From NCBI RefSeq assembly GCF_964213995.1, contig NW_027590191.1:1-64000 (forward strand): DNA of 64,000 bases. Reading direction: 5' to 3'. The position numbers were made by a program, and so were the translations under genes. The notes under the pieces are model-generated. The model was not told the origin of the DNA and did not search any database. It was given only the letters and a program-made list of their open reading frames with translations. The DNA comes from Mustelus asterias. Lineage: Eukaryota. Positions within the stretch are counted from its first letter, which is position 1. Every line of letters begins with the position of its first letter. Positions 1 to 11,347 of this stretch are shown here, piece by piece.

Positions 1-17
1 AATACTTATTTTTTTAA

Positions 18-750
18 TTTCCATGTTTTTGCATTTTTTATTTAAAATCTCACTTTCCATTTTGTTACCCCCTCTCCCTCCACCCCACTCGGGCCATCTC
101 TTACATTTCCTTTGTTCTGCCGTTAACACATTCTGATCTCTTATTTCCTTTTTCCTGCCATTTACACATTCTGATCTCTTAATGGGCAGCCTTCTTAGCC
201 ATGATCACAACCAATTAAATTCCCTTTGTTTTTTTTTATTGATATGTGACACTTCTGTCACCCATACCACAACCATATCCCTCACCATTACAGTATAAAT
301 CTCGTCCAAACTTATTTGTCTTCAGCTCTGACGAAGGGTCATCCAGACTTTGAGCATTCGCTCTATTCTCTCTTCACAGGTGCTTTCAGACCTGTTGAGA
401 TTTTCAAGCATTTTCTGTTCTTGCTCAGATTCCAGCATCCGCAGTAAATTTGTTTATATAAAGAGGCACTTGCCAGACAGACTTGTCCCTGATATACAAA
501 AAAAATGCTGAAATAGAAACAAAGCGCCAAGTTATCATGGATAGGTTAGATTAAACTCCTTGCAGACAATCTCCCTGATGTTCTAGTGGTTAGGATTCGG
601 TGCTTTTATCGCAGCGGATCGATTCCGGCTCAGGGGATGAAGATTTATTAACTTCTTGTAGCACATGGTTTAAGTGGAGATGGAATTACTTCCTGATCAA
701 AAACATGAGTGATACTGGTGCCAGTTTCAACAGCAGAGAGAAAAATCTGT
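18..750 (+). repeat. Segmental duplicate, copy 1 (paralog of about 15058-15750); includes a Penelope-like terminal repeat remnant and a tRNA-Glu pseudogene
   Basis: Colinear similarity to 15058-15750, e.g. TTTAAAATCTCACTTTCCAT, CATATCCCTCACCATTACAGTATAAATCTCGTCCA and GGAATTACTTCCTGATC occur in both. Confidence 0.9.
572..637 (+). pseudogene. tRNA-Glu pseudogene
   Basis: TCCCTGATGTTCTAGTGGTTAGGATTCGG...TCGATTCCGGCTCAGGGGA matches vertebrate tRNA-Glu with a 6-nt deletion in the variable/T region and a mutated anticodon loop. Confidence 0.85.
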
Positions 751-934
751 CGAGTCGTCAATCAATGATCACCATTGATGAGAAATAGATATCCGGTTGT
801 GAAACTTTCAATGTGCGGATAATGAGCAATGTGCAAATTTATCGATAGGGCAGTTTCCAGTGCCCGGATCTTAGGAGATGTTTCAGGAAATTCAGCCGTT
901 TAAATATCTCGTAAATATGAGCGTTTATTTTAGT

Positions 935-1235
935 CATTTGTGAGACTTAGACGTCACTGGCTCTCGTTGGAGGGCAGTTGAGAGTCAACCACATTGCGGT
1001 GGCTCTGGAGTCACATGTCGGCCAGACAAGGTAAGGGCGGCAGATTTCCTTCCCTAAAGTACATCAGTGAACCAGATGGGTGTTTCCGACAATCTACAAT
1101 GGTTTCATGGTTTCAGTAGATTCTAAATTGTTATTGAATTCAAATTTCACCATCTGCCGTGCTGGAATTCGGACCCGGGTCCCCAGAATATTAACTGAGT
1201 TTCTGGATTAATAATCTCACGATGATGCCACTAGG
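935..1235 (-). mobile_element. Shark SINE-like interspersed repeat (family B)
   Basis: Core GGCTCTGGAGTCACATGT..GGCCAGAC..GGCAGATTTCCTTCCCTAAAG recurs at about 19520, 30830, 45240 and 61850. Confidence 0.7.
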
Positions 1236-1444
1236 CCTTCCCCTCTTTATTCATGATGTGACCTGATTTTTAAACTGTCTATCACACTTTCCAATCTCTT
1301 CCATTTCTATTTCAATAGTTTATTCATTTTCTGACCACTTCTATGATAACTGAACTTTCCTATGTTCTGTTTTCCTCTCACTCAGTCGAGTTTACATGTT
1401 CCCTCGTTCCTCTTCTCCATCTGTTTTCAACTATCTTCACTTCT

Positions 1445-2598
1445 GAGTAAAATAAGGGCCCATGGTATTCGAGGCAAGGTACTAACATGGATTGACGATT
1501 GGCTGTCAGACAGAAGGCAGAGAGTTGGGATAAAAGGTTCTTTCTCAGAATGGCAACCGGTGACAAGTGGTGTCCCGCAGGGTTCAGTGTTGGGGCCACA
1601 GCTGTTCTCTTTATATATTAACGATCTAGATGACGGGACTGGGAGCATTCTGGCCAAGTTTGCCGATGATACAAAGATAGGTGGAGGGGCAGGTAGTATT
1701 GAGGAGGTGGGGAGGCTGCAGAAAGATTTAGACAGTTTAGGAGAGTGGTCCAAGAAGTGGCTGATGAAATTCAACGTGGGCAAGTGCGAGGTTGTACACT
1801 TTGGAAAAAAGAATAGAGGCATGGACTATTTTCTAAACGGTGACAAAATTCATAATGCTAAAGTGCAAAGGGACTTGGGAGTCCTAGTCCAGGATTCTCT
1901 AAAGGTAAACTTGCAGGTTGAGTCCGTAATTAAGAAAGCAAATGTAATGTTGTCATTTATCTCAAGAGGCTTGGAATACAAAAGCAGGGATGTACTTCTG
2001 AGGCTTTATAAAGCACTGGTTAGGCCCCATTTGGAGTACTGTGAGCAATTTTGGGCCCCACACCTCAGGAAGGACATACTGGCACTGGAGCGGGTCCAGC
2101 GGAGATTCACACGGATGATCCCAGGAATGGTAGGCCTGACATACGATGAACGTCTGAGGATCGTGGGATTATATTCATTGGAGTTTAGGAGGTTGAGGGG
2201 AGATCTGATAGAAACTTACAAGATAATGAACGGCTTAGATAGGATGGACGTAGGGAAGTTGTTTCCATTAACAGGGGAGACTAGGACGCGGGGGCACAGC
2301 CTTAGAATAAAAGGGAGTCACTTTAGAACAGAGATGAGGAGAAATTTCTTCAGCCAGAGAGTGGTGGGTCTGTGGAATTCATTGCCACAGAGGGCTGTGG
2401 AGGCCGAGACGTTGAGCGTCTTCAAGACAGAAATTGATAAATTCTTGATTTCTTGAGGAATTAAGGGCTATGGGGAGAGAGCGGGTAAATGGAGTTGAAA
2501 TCAACCATGATTGAATGGTGGAGTGGACTCGATGGGCCGAATGGCCTTACTTCCGCTCCTATGTCTTATGGTCTTATGGTCTTATGGTCTTATGGTCT
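1445..2598 (+). mobile_element. CR1-clade LINE, 5'-truncated young copy (RT C-terminal half, 3'UTR and tail)
   Basis: ORF 1362-2456 has SGVPQGSVLGP and KFADDTK motifs; (TCTTATGG)n tail at about 2563-2596; premature TGA at 2454 where the sister copy has CGA. Confidence 0.95.
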
Positions 2599-2737
2599 AA
2601 CGGGATTTTAATAACTAGATTGTATGTTTTATTTTGTGTTGCGCTCATTTCCTTTCTTTACGGATTTTTTTTAATAATCCCATCACTCACTCTGCCGCTC
2701 CTGCAGACACAGCTGAGTGGCTCTCACAGTCGCTGCA

Positions 2738-2776
2738 GGTTTTTGTATGGGACCTTCCTGTGTTTGTTACGCTGTG
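2738..2776 (-). other. V(D)J recombination signal sequence, 23-bp spacer (V1)
   Basis: Minus strand CACAGCG (2776-2770), 23 nt, ACAAAAACC (2746-2738). Confidence 0.93.
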
Positions 2777-3058
2777 GCTCATGGCACAGAGATAGGTGGC
2801 AGTGTCTGTAACTCCGGCGTCTCTCAGAGTCAGGGCACTGAATTTGTAGCCTCCACCGATTGAGGCAGTGATCCTCCCGCTTGGATCGGTTTCTCTTGTG
2901 GCCATCACCAGATGCTGGGGTGGCTGATTCGGGGACTGTCTGTACCAATGTATGTTGCTAAATGTAGTGGTCGTGGTGCAGTTCATGGATACGGTTCCCC
3001 CTTCACTAACAACCTTCCGCCGAGGAAGCTGCATCACCTCATCTGCTCCAGTCACCCC
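2777..3058 (-). pseudogene. T-cell receptor alpha/delta-type V segment V1; open V exon but apparently broken splice acceptor and leader
   Basis: GVTG-ADEVMQ...VSMNC...HWYRQ...DTATYLCAMS followed by a 23-RSS; the polypyrimidine tract ends in CACGG rather than CAG; candidate leader (ATG 3532, donor GTGAGC 3478) is frameshifted. Confidence 0.8.
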
Positions 3059-5301
3059 CGTGCAGGTCAGAGAGGAAAGCAGCAAAGAGAATCTCTAAAT
3101 TCGGAGCATTTTTCAGATCATATGAAATTTCTGCTGAAGCAGTTATCCAGGGAGTTCAGATTGGAACCAGGACCTGGGTTTAATATTCGGAAGAATTTAC
3201 AAGGAGTCAAATGCCTGCTTCGTGTCCAACTGAGGCGTCTATCTGTCGAACTGATGAAAGAAGCTGAGACTCGGGTTTTATCCGCCCACACTCACTGGCA
3301 TCGATTCTACTGGAATCGGAGATGAAGAATTGAAGCCGGACTAAATAAACCCCATCGGCAACCCCATGTTTCCGGTTACAAATCTCTCCCCACGTGTCTA
3401 ACTAGGAAACCATTCGCCCTTTCAGAACACTGAGTGAACCCAGCTCGGGGTGAACCCATTCACTGGCAGACAGCTCACCAGCTACCAACCCCAAAGCATG
3501 ACTGAGGACACAGGGAAATGCAGTGAGAGCATTCCGAGACACGGCAGCAAAATATACAGGGTGAAGCTTGGAAAGGGTGTCTTCAAACATCCAACTCCAC
3601 TTTGCAACAGGGAATGAACAATGTTATTCCATATTGGCACTTCATCAACCGGATGCCAGTTCCAACCATCCAGTGACTGAACTTCCCCGAGACTCACAGA
3701 GGCCAGCGCCTGCCGTAAGTGCAAGTCACCACCAGATGGTGATATTGTATTACTTTAATCGCAAGTGAAACTGCAGTTTGAAGTCACAGCTGAGTTTGGT
3801 TTTCTTGATATCAGCTGGCCTGGAAGAGGGCAGCCCAACATCATCACCACCATTTGAAAAGCAATTAGGAAATACATTCGGGACTCAACAACGAAGCCCA
3901 CACTCGGTCAAATTAATTTTAAAATAGTTTGTTTTGGAGATATTTGTGGTGTCTCGTCCCCCAGTGACCGAGAGTGGGGCGGAATTTCTATCAGTTTTAC
4001 GCTGTCTGAGCTGACCATATTTGGAGAGCTCCCTGATCACAAATACCATTCCAATAAAGCTCCTTCCGGACTGTTCAAGGCCAGTTGTGTGCAGAGTATT
4101 ATAGCATAGTGGGAAAGATATATAAAAAAACATAACCTATTTGAATAAAACAGAAAAAATCCATATAATTCATTCCTGGAATTATACTGTTTTTCCGTTA
4201 TCATCGCTGGTTCAGTATAGAATGTGCAGAGGTTAATTCCAAACTAAAATGATGTTTCCTTTGTGACAGGGACAAAAACGTGGGAGATAATATTAATAAA
4301 CTCCTCAAGGTCTCCTCAGAAATGATGACATTATGCCTTTTTGTCACCATCATGTTATTTGGTCTGTGATATCCTCTTCCCCAGAAATCAGTGGTGGCAA
4401 GTTCATTGAAAACAATTAGGACGGGGTGAGGTCGATTATTGAATGACCAGGGAGTCAGAGTATACAGGGGAGACATGGACAGACAGATGTCACAATTCAA
4501 TCCACCAGGATCTTATCAAATATCGGGCAGTCTCGAGGTGGCACAGTTGCCTACCCCAGCTCCGAATTTGGATGTTCACATGGCCACAAGTGGACTTATT
4601 ACATTATTTGATTACAAGTCGCCTTTATACAGAAGTTAAACGTCATAAATGCACTCATGATATTTTAATGTGCTTTTTGTCTCCTTTACTACCCTTTCCC
4701 CGCCTGCCCGCCTATGAAACAACCATTTATCATCTCCTCCCTCACTCTCCAGCAGCTTACAACTGGTCTGTTCAGAGCTATATTTAATCAGTGCGTGTTA
4801 CTGGATCAGAAACAGCGTATCTGCAACCAACATGTTCCACAAAGTAGTAACTGAGAATTGATAATGAGCTGCTTGTGCTTCAGGGTGTCTCCTGAGGCTA
4901 ATCTTGTTTCCCCTTTTCCTTTAACTATTGTTTTTCTGATGATCATTAACAAACCAACCCACACAGCAGAACGCTGTCTCCCACCAGGACATTGGCTGCA
5001 GCACAGATCGAGGTGTTTCCTTTCACTGACATCCAGCTCACACAGGACGTCGGATCATTGAGGGCGGGGATTATAACGGGTGGTTTCAGTTATAATTATG
5101 TGATGTTTGTCTGTTCCACTGCAGTTGTGCAGTTCATTTTCTCAGTCTCTCCTGCTAATTGTTGGCTGACAGTTTGATCCGAGGTCAATTTGGTTTCCTC
5201 TCGGGTGTGTATCTGAGCGCCTGCGAGGGCCGCTGCACTGCAACAGCTGCCGTCCAACTTAACGCTCAACAGAACAGAGCGCGCACCAACAATCCAAAGG
5301 C

Positions 5302-5340
5302 AGTTTTTGTGCAGGGGTGAGACTGCTTTCCATCACTGTG
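5302..5340 (-). other. V(D)J recombination signal sequence, 23-bp spacer (V2)
   Basis: Minus strand CACAGTG (5340-5334), 23 nt, ACAAAAACT (5310-5302). Confidence 0.95.
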
Positions 5341-5795
5341 ATAGCTGGAAAGCGCAGTAATACACGGCGACATCAGTCAGCTGCAGATCCGAAACGGTTA
5401 AACTGGTGAATTTAGTCGATGTCTGAAGCTCGATAGAGAAACGGTTTTTGGCTAAATCTGCTTTTTCTTCACGATTGTATGTATTTTTCCACACGATAAA
5501 CTCGGGATGGTTTCCTGGGAGTTGTCGGTACCAGTGAAATACATAGCTGCTCTGTGTAGTTTCATAGTTGCAGGTTAATATGAGCGCTGCTCCTTCTGCC
5601 TTAACATCTGAGGGTAGCGGCTGAGTGACAGAATCTCCATGACTTAAATCTGGAAAATAATATATCAATAAGGAAAAGTTTAGTCCGGTGGCTGATTGAA
5701 ATTTGATTCCAATCAAGCTTGGGGAATGAAGGAGCGCATCCACATTTACCTGTCAGAAATATTCCGCACACAACCCAGATGCTGAGCAGCCGCAT
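5341..5795 (-). CDS. T-cell receptor alpha/delta V gene segment V2, apparently functional (leader exon 5795-5750, intron 5749-5650, V exon 5649-5341)
   Basis: Leader MRLLSIWVVCGIFLT with phase-1 GTAAAT donor; TTTTCCAG acceptor; V exon DSVTQ...LTC...HWYRQ...DVAVYYCAFQL with both Cys and the Trp; consensus heptamer. Confidence 0.93.
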
Positions 5796-6344
5796 TGTCT
5801 CTGTCCGCTCTGTGAAAGGGGAGGGGGTTGGATATTTAGCCAACCGTTCTAAACCCCGCCCTCAATAATCTGCTGCCGTGTCTCAGGCTGTACTCACCTC
5901 ACCTCCTTGCTTTTCCATTGGTGCTGTGAGGCCGGCAGATAGCAAAGAGAATCACCCCGAGCTGCATTACAGTCACTATTCTTGCAGAGAAAATGCTTCC
6001 CAATTATCCACCAGAGTTGGGGAAGGAACACCTTCACCTTAATTGTACTAAAGAAAGTAAATAATTTTTGAATGAATTTGTCACTTTGTTTTCACGGATT
6101 TTGCTCCACTATCAGCGTAGTGATAACCATGACTGCAGTGAAATTCCTCTCACGGGCTTTAATTATTATTAATACATGAAGTAATGTCAGCGTTACTGGG
6201 AAGTCCAGATTTCAACTCCATTCCTAATTACCCTTGAGAAGGAGAGGGGATGTGCAGGTTCTTAAACTGCTGTGGTCTCTCCGGACTATTAACATGGTGA
6301 AAGAGGATGCGTAGCACATCTAGCTTTTCCAGTAATAGAAAGTT

Positions 6345-6580
6345 CCTCCCGGTGCTGCTGTTTCATCCCAAACTCCAAAGCTATGCAGGTTGGTGGATTG
6401 GCCAAGCTCACTTACCCCTTAGTGTCCCAAGATGTGTGTGTAGGTTAGGGGGATTAGCGGGCTGAATGTGCAGGCTTCTGGGGATAGGGCCTGAGTGGGA
6501 TTGTTGTCAGGGAGTCGGTGTAGGTTCAATGGGCCAAATGGCCTCCTCCTGCACTGTAGGGATTCGATGTTTCTATGATA
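6345..6580 (+). mobile_element. HE1-like shark SINE, partial
   Basis: GGATTGGCCAAGCT..CCCCTTAGTGTCC...GGCCAAATGGCCTCCTCCTGCACTGTAGGGATTC, same family as the full copy at 23589. Confidence 0.75.
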
Positions 6581-7589
6581 TTCAGGCAAGAAGATTTGAA
6601 AAAATGGAAAAGCATTGACTGTAGGAACCTGCAGCCGACATTGGAGCACGGTCATTGTCGCATCACACGTCACTATAGGTAACACACTCCAGTATATTCG
6701 ACCGTTCTGCTCTCAATGTTGAAAATGTTTTAAAGGCGAATGTTTTATTGAGAATGTCAATATCGAGACTGAGCTGCCGACCAGTGCTGTTGCTGAGGAA
6801 CTTTTGGCCATAGTTCCGTAGATGCCTGTTCAAATACCTATTTTTGGTTGCATTGAACTGCGTTGCAATCATTAATGTCCATTTATGTTAGGTATGAAAG
6901 TAAGTATCTGGCATATATTCACTGAGAGCGAGTCAATATCCCAATGCTAAAACTCGAGTAAAGCTGAAACGCCCTCTGGTGGCATTTGTTCGAATTATGA
7001 GCCTCAATGTTCCACTTCTCCCTGAGAGATTGCACAGGACTGTGTTGTGGTGTGGGAGATCCTCATACTTGGACAGTGTGCCTCGTGCAGTGGGGAAGAG
7101 AGTTATATTTTACTCTGAGAGATTTGGTTTGAAGCGCAGATTGGACACAAGGATGGATATCCATTTTGCCGGATGGGGAAAGGAGTTTGGCAAAGTGATA
7201 ATTTGTTCATATTTTATTCAAGATTCATTTTAAAAATTCAGAGAACATTTCACAGAAACTTTTTTAAAAAGTTCACAGAAGAGGACATAACGATTGATTT
7301 TCATATTGAGAACAGAGCACGTGTGCTCTGAGCTGCCCAATATATGTACAACTGTGACAGACACCAAAAACAGAAAACAGGAGCTCAACATAAAGAAAAG
7401 GAAACAATTGTGTATGTTGCGAAAAGATGAAAACAAAACATTGATGTTGCAGGCATCTGTCGCTCAGCAATGTGCAATGTAGGAGAAGTTGAACTGGCTG
7501 ACAAACTGTCCTCCAGATTCCCACTTCATGATAAATTTCAATAAAAGGTCGTTTCACAAATCAATCCTCAGCAATGGGAAGGAAGAGCA

Positions 7590-7653
7590 TGGATCCACCG
7601 AAACTTAAACCTGGATCGCTGGATCCAGAGTGCTCACAGTTAGACCAGCAATC
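7590..7653 (-). pseudogene. tRNA-Gln pseudogene (anticodon loop deleted)
   Basis: Reverse complement of tRNA-Gln: GGATCCACCGAAAC..GGATCGCTGGATCCAGAGTGCTCAC. Confidence 0.75.
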
Positions 7654-7762
7654 GGCTTCAAATTGTCGCTTAAAGCAATTGACCCACTTGTTGTTGCTGC
7701 CGCATTGAATGAAGGAGGTCACATGCTTTGAGTGACTATTTGCATCTGGCCGCTCTGTTCCT

Positions 7763-7834
7763 GGTTAAGTGGTGCGATGGTGAACACTCTGGACTCTGAA
7801 TTCAGTAATATGAGTTCGGATCTCGGTGAAACGT
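7763..7834 (+). pseudogene. tRNA-Gln(CTG) degenerate copy
   Basis: GGTT..GTGGTG.GATGGTGAACACTCTGGACTCTGAA...GAGTTCGGATCTCGGTG; acceptor stem mispaired. Confidence 0.8.
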
Positions 7835-8039
7835 TCCTTTTATTTGCTAAAGCCGGTGATTGGTTTGCTGAAGGACATTTTATTTGAAATTCTCAGAAAG
7901 TGAATTTTGGACTCTGAGGAAATTTCAGCAAATTCCAACGCAATCACATTGCAGACGATGCAGCGAATGATTCTCCTGGTGTTATTGCTTCAGCCCTCGA
8001 GGACGATTGCTCAAGAAAGCAAAGAGCTCGGGGGCAGAA

Positions 8040-8330
8040 TCAAAAATTCCCTGCAGTGCAGAAGGAAGCCATTCGGCCCATCGAGCCTGCGCCGCTAACA
8101 ATCCCATCCTGAACCTATCCGCATATACATACCCTCTTAGTCCTTCTGACACTACGGGCAATGTAGCATGGCCAATCAACCTACCCACACACCTTTGAAT
8201 TCTGCGCCGGATGCCCAGCGTCCTTCCACACACGCAGACACGGGGAGAATGTGCAAACTGCAGAAAGTCACTCGAAGCCAGAATTGAAACCCGGTGCCTA
8301 ACACTGTGAGGCAGCATTGTGCAACCGTGC
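8040..8330 (-). mobile_element. HE1-like SINE inside tRNA-Gln unit 1
   Basis: GCCATTCGGCCCATCGAG...CACGCAGACACGGGGAGAATGTGCAAACT. Confidence 0.8.
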
Positions 8331-8423
8331 CAGAAATGCCACAGAGGGCAGGGGTTCCCCAACCGGTATCATTCACTGAGCCCTTTCTCCCAATTTAAAC
8401 AAGACTTAGAACGGAAAGAATAG

Positions 8424-8495
8424 TGGCTCCAACGAAATTGGAACTCAGTTTGCTTGATTCACAGTCCAGAAAGCTAACCAGTTCACCATAGAACC
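8424..8495 (-). pseudogene. tRNA-Gln-derived pseudogene (anticodon mutated to GTG)
   Basis: 72-nt alignment to the tRNA-Gln reverse complement with many substitutions. Confidence 0.75.
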
Positions 8496-8664
8496 CACAG
8501 GCCTCTGGTTTGAGGCAGCAGGCCATTTTCCCAGATCTTTTTCTTAGTCACAGACACACACACACACACACACACACACATTTTCTGCAATGTGCATTGT
8601 CATTGAAGTTGAACTGGCTGTCAAATTGTCCTCTCGATTCATACTTTGTGAGAAAGTTAAACCT

Positions 8665-9010
8665 CGGTTGCCTCGGGAAAGCAGCCAACATAATTAAGCA
8701 CCCCTCGCACCCCGGACATTCTCTCTTTCACCTTCTTCCGTCGGGAAAAAGATACAAACGTCTGAGGTCACGTACCAACTGACTCAAGAACAGTTTGTGC
8801 CCTGCTGCCGTCAGACTTTTGAATGTACCTACCTTCTATTAAGTTGACCTTTCTCTGCACCCCAGCTATGACGGTGACATTACATCCTGCACTCTCTCAT
8901 TCCCTTCCCCATGAACGTTATGCTTTGTCTGTATAATGCGCAAGAAACAGTACCTTTCACTGTATACTAATACATGTGACAATAATAAATCAAATCAAAA
9001 TCAAATCAAA
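8665..9010 (+). mobile_element. Rex1/Babar-like LINE 3' end
   Basis: Encodes KAANIIKHPSHPGHSLFHLLPSGKRY; ends in AATAAATCAAATCAAA tail; same family as 28530-30120. Confidence 0.8.
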
Positions 9011-9053
9011 CATCATCTCGCAAATCAATCATCAGAATTGGCAAAGAAAAACA

Positions 9054-9125
9054 ACGTTCCAAGGAGATTCGAACTCAGATTGCTGGATTCAGACTCTAGA
9101 GTGCCCACAATTTCACCACAGAACC
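9054..9125 (-). pseudogene. tRNA-Gln(CTG) degenerate copy
   Basis: GAGATTCGAACTCAGATTGCTGGATTCAGA.....AGAGTGC..CACCACAGAACC. Confidence 0.8.
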
Positions 9126-9167
9126 AAATGCGTTTGGTGACGATTTGCAAGTGGCGCCCGTGTTCCC

Positions 9168-9239
9168 GGTTGTGTGGTGTAACGGTGAGCATTCTGAACT
9201 CTGAATCCAGTAATCTGAAATCAGATCTCGGTGGAGCCT
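9168..9239 (+). pseudogene. tRNA-Gln(CTG) degenerate copy
   Basis: GGTTGTGTGGTGTAACGGTGAGCA...CTCTGAATCCAG...TCTCGGTGGAGCCT; B-box broken. Confidence 0.8.
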
Positions 9240-9445
9240 CGCTTTCCTTTACTAAAGCCGATGATTGGTTTGCGGAAGGGTATTTTATTTATAATTGGCA
9301 GAAAGTGAAATTTTAATCTCTGAAGAAATTTCAGCAAATTCCACCGCATTTACATTGCAGACGATGCAGGAAATGATTTCCTAGCTTCATGGCTTCAGCC
9401 ACAGAGGACGATTGCTCAAGAAAATGAGGAGTTCGGAGGCAGAAT

Positions 9446-9740
9446 CATAGAACCCTTATGGTGTATAAGGAAGCCATTTGGCTCATCTACCCGGCACCAG
9501 CAGCAATCGCACCCAGTCTCCATCCCTGTAATCCCGCATATTTACCCAGTTAATCCCCTGACTCTAAGGGTAACGTAACATGACCAATCAACCTAATCCG
9601 CACATTTTTGTCTAAAAGGACGTGTGCTCGGTTTTCTTCCGCACATACAGACACGGGGAGAATGTGCAAACTGCACACAGTCACCCGAAGCCAGAACTGA
9701 ACACGGGTCCTGTTACTGGGAGGCAGCAGTGCCAACCACA
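9446..9740 (-). mobile_element. HE1-like SINE inside tRNA-Gln unit 2 (same site as in unit 1)
   Basis: Follows GGCAGAATC as in unit 1; CAGACACGGGGAGAATGTGCAAACT core. Confidence 0.8.
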
Positions 9741-9810
9741 GTTATTCTACCGATATAATTCGCTGAGTCATCTGCCCCAAGTTAAGCAGGAGTTCGGGCG
9801 TTGAGAATAG

Positions 9811-9882
9811 TGGTTTCATTGAGATTCGAGCTCGGATTGCTGGATTCAAAATCCAGAGTGCTCACCGTTACACCATGGAACC
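9811..9882 (-). pseudogene. tRNA-Gln(TTG) degenerate copy
   Basis: Minus strand GGTTCCATGGTGTAACGGTGAGCACTCTGGATTTTGAATCCAGCAATCCGAGCTCGAATCTCAATGAAACCA; T and acceptor stem mismatches. Confidence 0.85.
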
Positions 9883-10180
9883 AACTGGGCGCTGTTTTAA
9901 TGCGGGAGGTCTTTCACCCAAATCTCACACAAACACACTCTTGCTCAATTATTGCCAGGCTCCAGTCGGGTTTTTGTTTGACACCAACTGCTCCTCTGAT
10001 TCGACAGAACGTCAAAGAGTAGCGAAAGATGAAAAAAGAAAAACACTGATGCTACAAGCATCTGGCGCCAGAGTCTCAGCAATGTGTATTGACAAAGTGC
10101 CCTCTCGATTCGTACATGGTGACAAATGGAGAATAAATGTCATGGAGAAAATCAATTATCAGCATTGGTAAAGGAGAGCA

Positions 10181-10252
10181 AGGCTCCACCGAGATTTGAA
10201 CTCAGATCGCAGCATTGAAAGTTCAGCGAGCTCACCATTACACCACGGAACA
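10181..10252 (-). pseudogene. tRNA-Gln degenerate copy
   Basis: AGGCTCCACCGAGATTTGAACTCAGATCGC...GCTCACCATTACACCACGGAAC; anticodon arm disrupted. Confidence 0.8.
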
Positions 10253-10488
10253 CAGAGCACCGCAATGACTTGCAAATGACCTGCGAAACATGGCTATTTC
10301 TGGAGATATCTCCCGATAGGTCTTGCGATGAAATAATTTGAGATTTGGGGCACTCTGCCTTCTGAGCTTTTCTGATATCAACGGTGGCCTTTTACGACCC
10401 ATTGTTATCATACTTGCTGTTGCTGTCACATCGAATGAAAGAGATCAAATTGTTCGAGTGATCATTTGCCGGCAATGGGCGTGTTCTG

Positions 10489-10560
10489 TGATCTGTGGTG
10501 TACCGGTGAGCGCTCTGGAATCTGAATCCAGCAATTCGAGTTCGTATCGTGGCAAAACCT
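10489..10560 (+). pseudogene. tRNA-Gln(CTG) degenerate copy
   Basis: GTGGTGTACCGGTGAGCGCTCTGGAATCTGAATCCAGCAATTCGAGTTCG. Confidence 0.78.
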
Positions 10561-10855
10561 TGAGTTTTTTTGCTAAAGCCGATGATGGGTTTGCAGAAGG
10601 GCATTTTATTTTAAGTTGTCAGAAAGTGGAAATCTAAACACTGACGAAATCTCAGCAAATTCCACGGCATTCAAATTGCAGACGCTGCAGCGAATGCCTC
10701 TCCTGGCGTCATTGCATCAGCCCCAGAGGATGATTGCTCAGGAATACAATGCGCTGAGAGGCAGGGAAGCCACTGTAGACAGCGGAGTCCATCTTCATGT
10801 GTCGTGTCATTCACTCACTCATCTGTCCCAATTTAAAGAGTTCGGAGGCGAGAGG

Positions 10856-10885
10856 CCAGAGTGCGATCCGTTACACCATGGAATC
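10856..10885 (-). pseudogene. tRNA-Gln 5' fragment
   Basis: CCAGAGTGC...CGTTACACCATGGAATC at the position equivalent to 8424 and 9811 in the repeat unit. Confidence 0.65.
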
Positions 10886-10947
10886 GACAGCTCTGTGACC
10901 GAAGACACTAGGCTTGTCTCCCAAAACACACACACGTACCTACACTC

Positions 10948-10984
10948 GCTCTCTCTCTCTCTCTCTCACGCGCGCGCGCGAGCG

Positions 10985-11023
<39 letters not shown>
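10948..11023. repeat. Compound microsatellite (CT)n(CG)n(CA)n
   Basis: Directly visible. Confidence 0.95.
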
Positions 11024-11027
<4 letters not shown>

Positions 11028-11275
11028 TCAATAATTGCTGGACTCCATTCGAAGGGCTGTTGCTCCGGCACCAGCTGCTCCTTTCTTTCAACAGAGGAGT
11101 TAAAGAGAAGATAAAATATGAAAAGACATTGACGCGGCAGGCATCTGGCGCCAGAGGCTCAGCAATGCGCATTGGAATAGCAATTGAACTGGCTGACAAA
11201 TTGCCCTCTCGATTCGTACGTTGTGAAAAAATTGAACGAAACGCCCTTCGGCAAATCAACCATCAGCGTTGACCA

Positions 11276-11347
11276 AGGTTCCGCCGAGATTTGAACTCAG
11301 ATCGCTGGATTCAGAGTCCAGAGTGCTCACCATTACACCACGGAACC
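11276..11347 (-). tRNA. tRNA-Gln-CTG: tRNA-Gln(CTG), intact
   Basis: GGTTCCGTGGTGTAATGGTGAGCACTCTGGACTCTGAATCCAGCGATCTGAGTTCAAATCTCGGCGGAACCT; acceptor GGTTCCG/CGGAACC pairs fully. Confidence 0.93.

Noticed and set aside
2687-3085. V1 as a NAR-TCR or VNAR domain, or a single-exon leader-V gene
   Set aside because: No extra non-canonical cysteines or adjacent D/J seen; the apparent start is a TTG inside a polypyrimidine tract with an in-frame TAG just upstream
4992-5177. ORF containing DIQLTQ, like an Ig light-chain N-terminus
   Set aside because: No downstream WYQ or YYC motif and no RSS; chance match
8424-8495. Anticodon-shifted tRNA (GTG, His) in a Gln body
   Set aside because: Stems and boxes are heavily mutated; neutral decay is the simpler explanation
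10616-11272. 218-aa ORF
   Set aside because: Runs through the tRNA-Gln repeat unit and a compound microsatellite; the frame is not conserved in paralogous units
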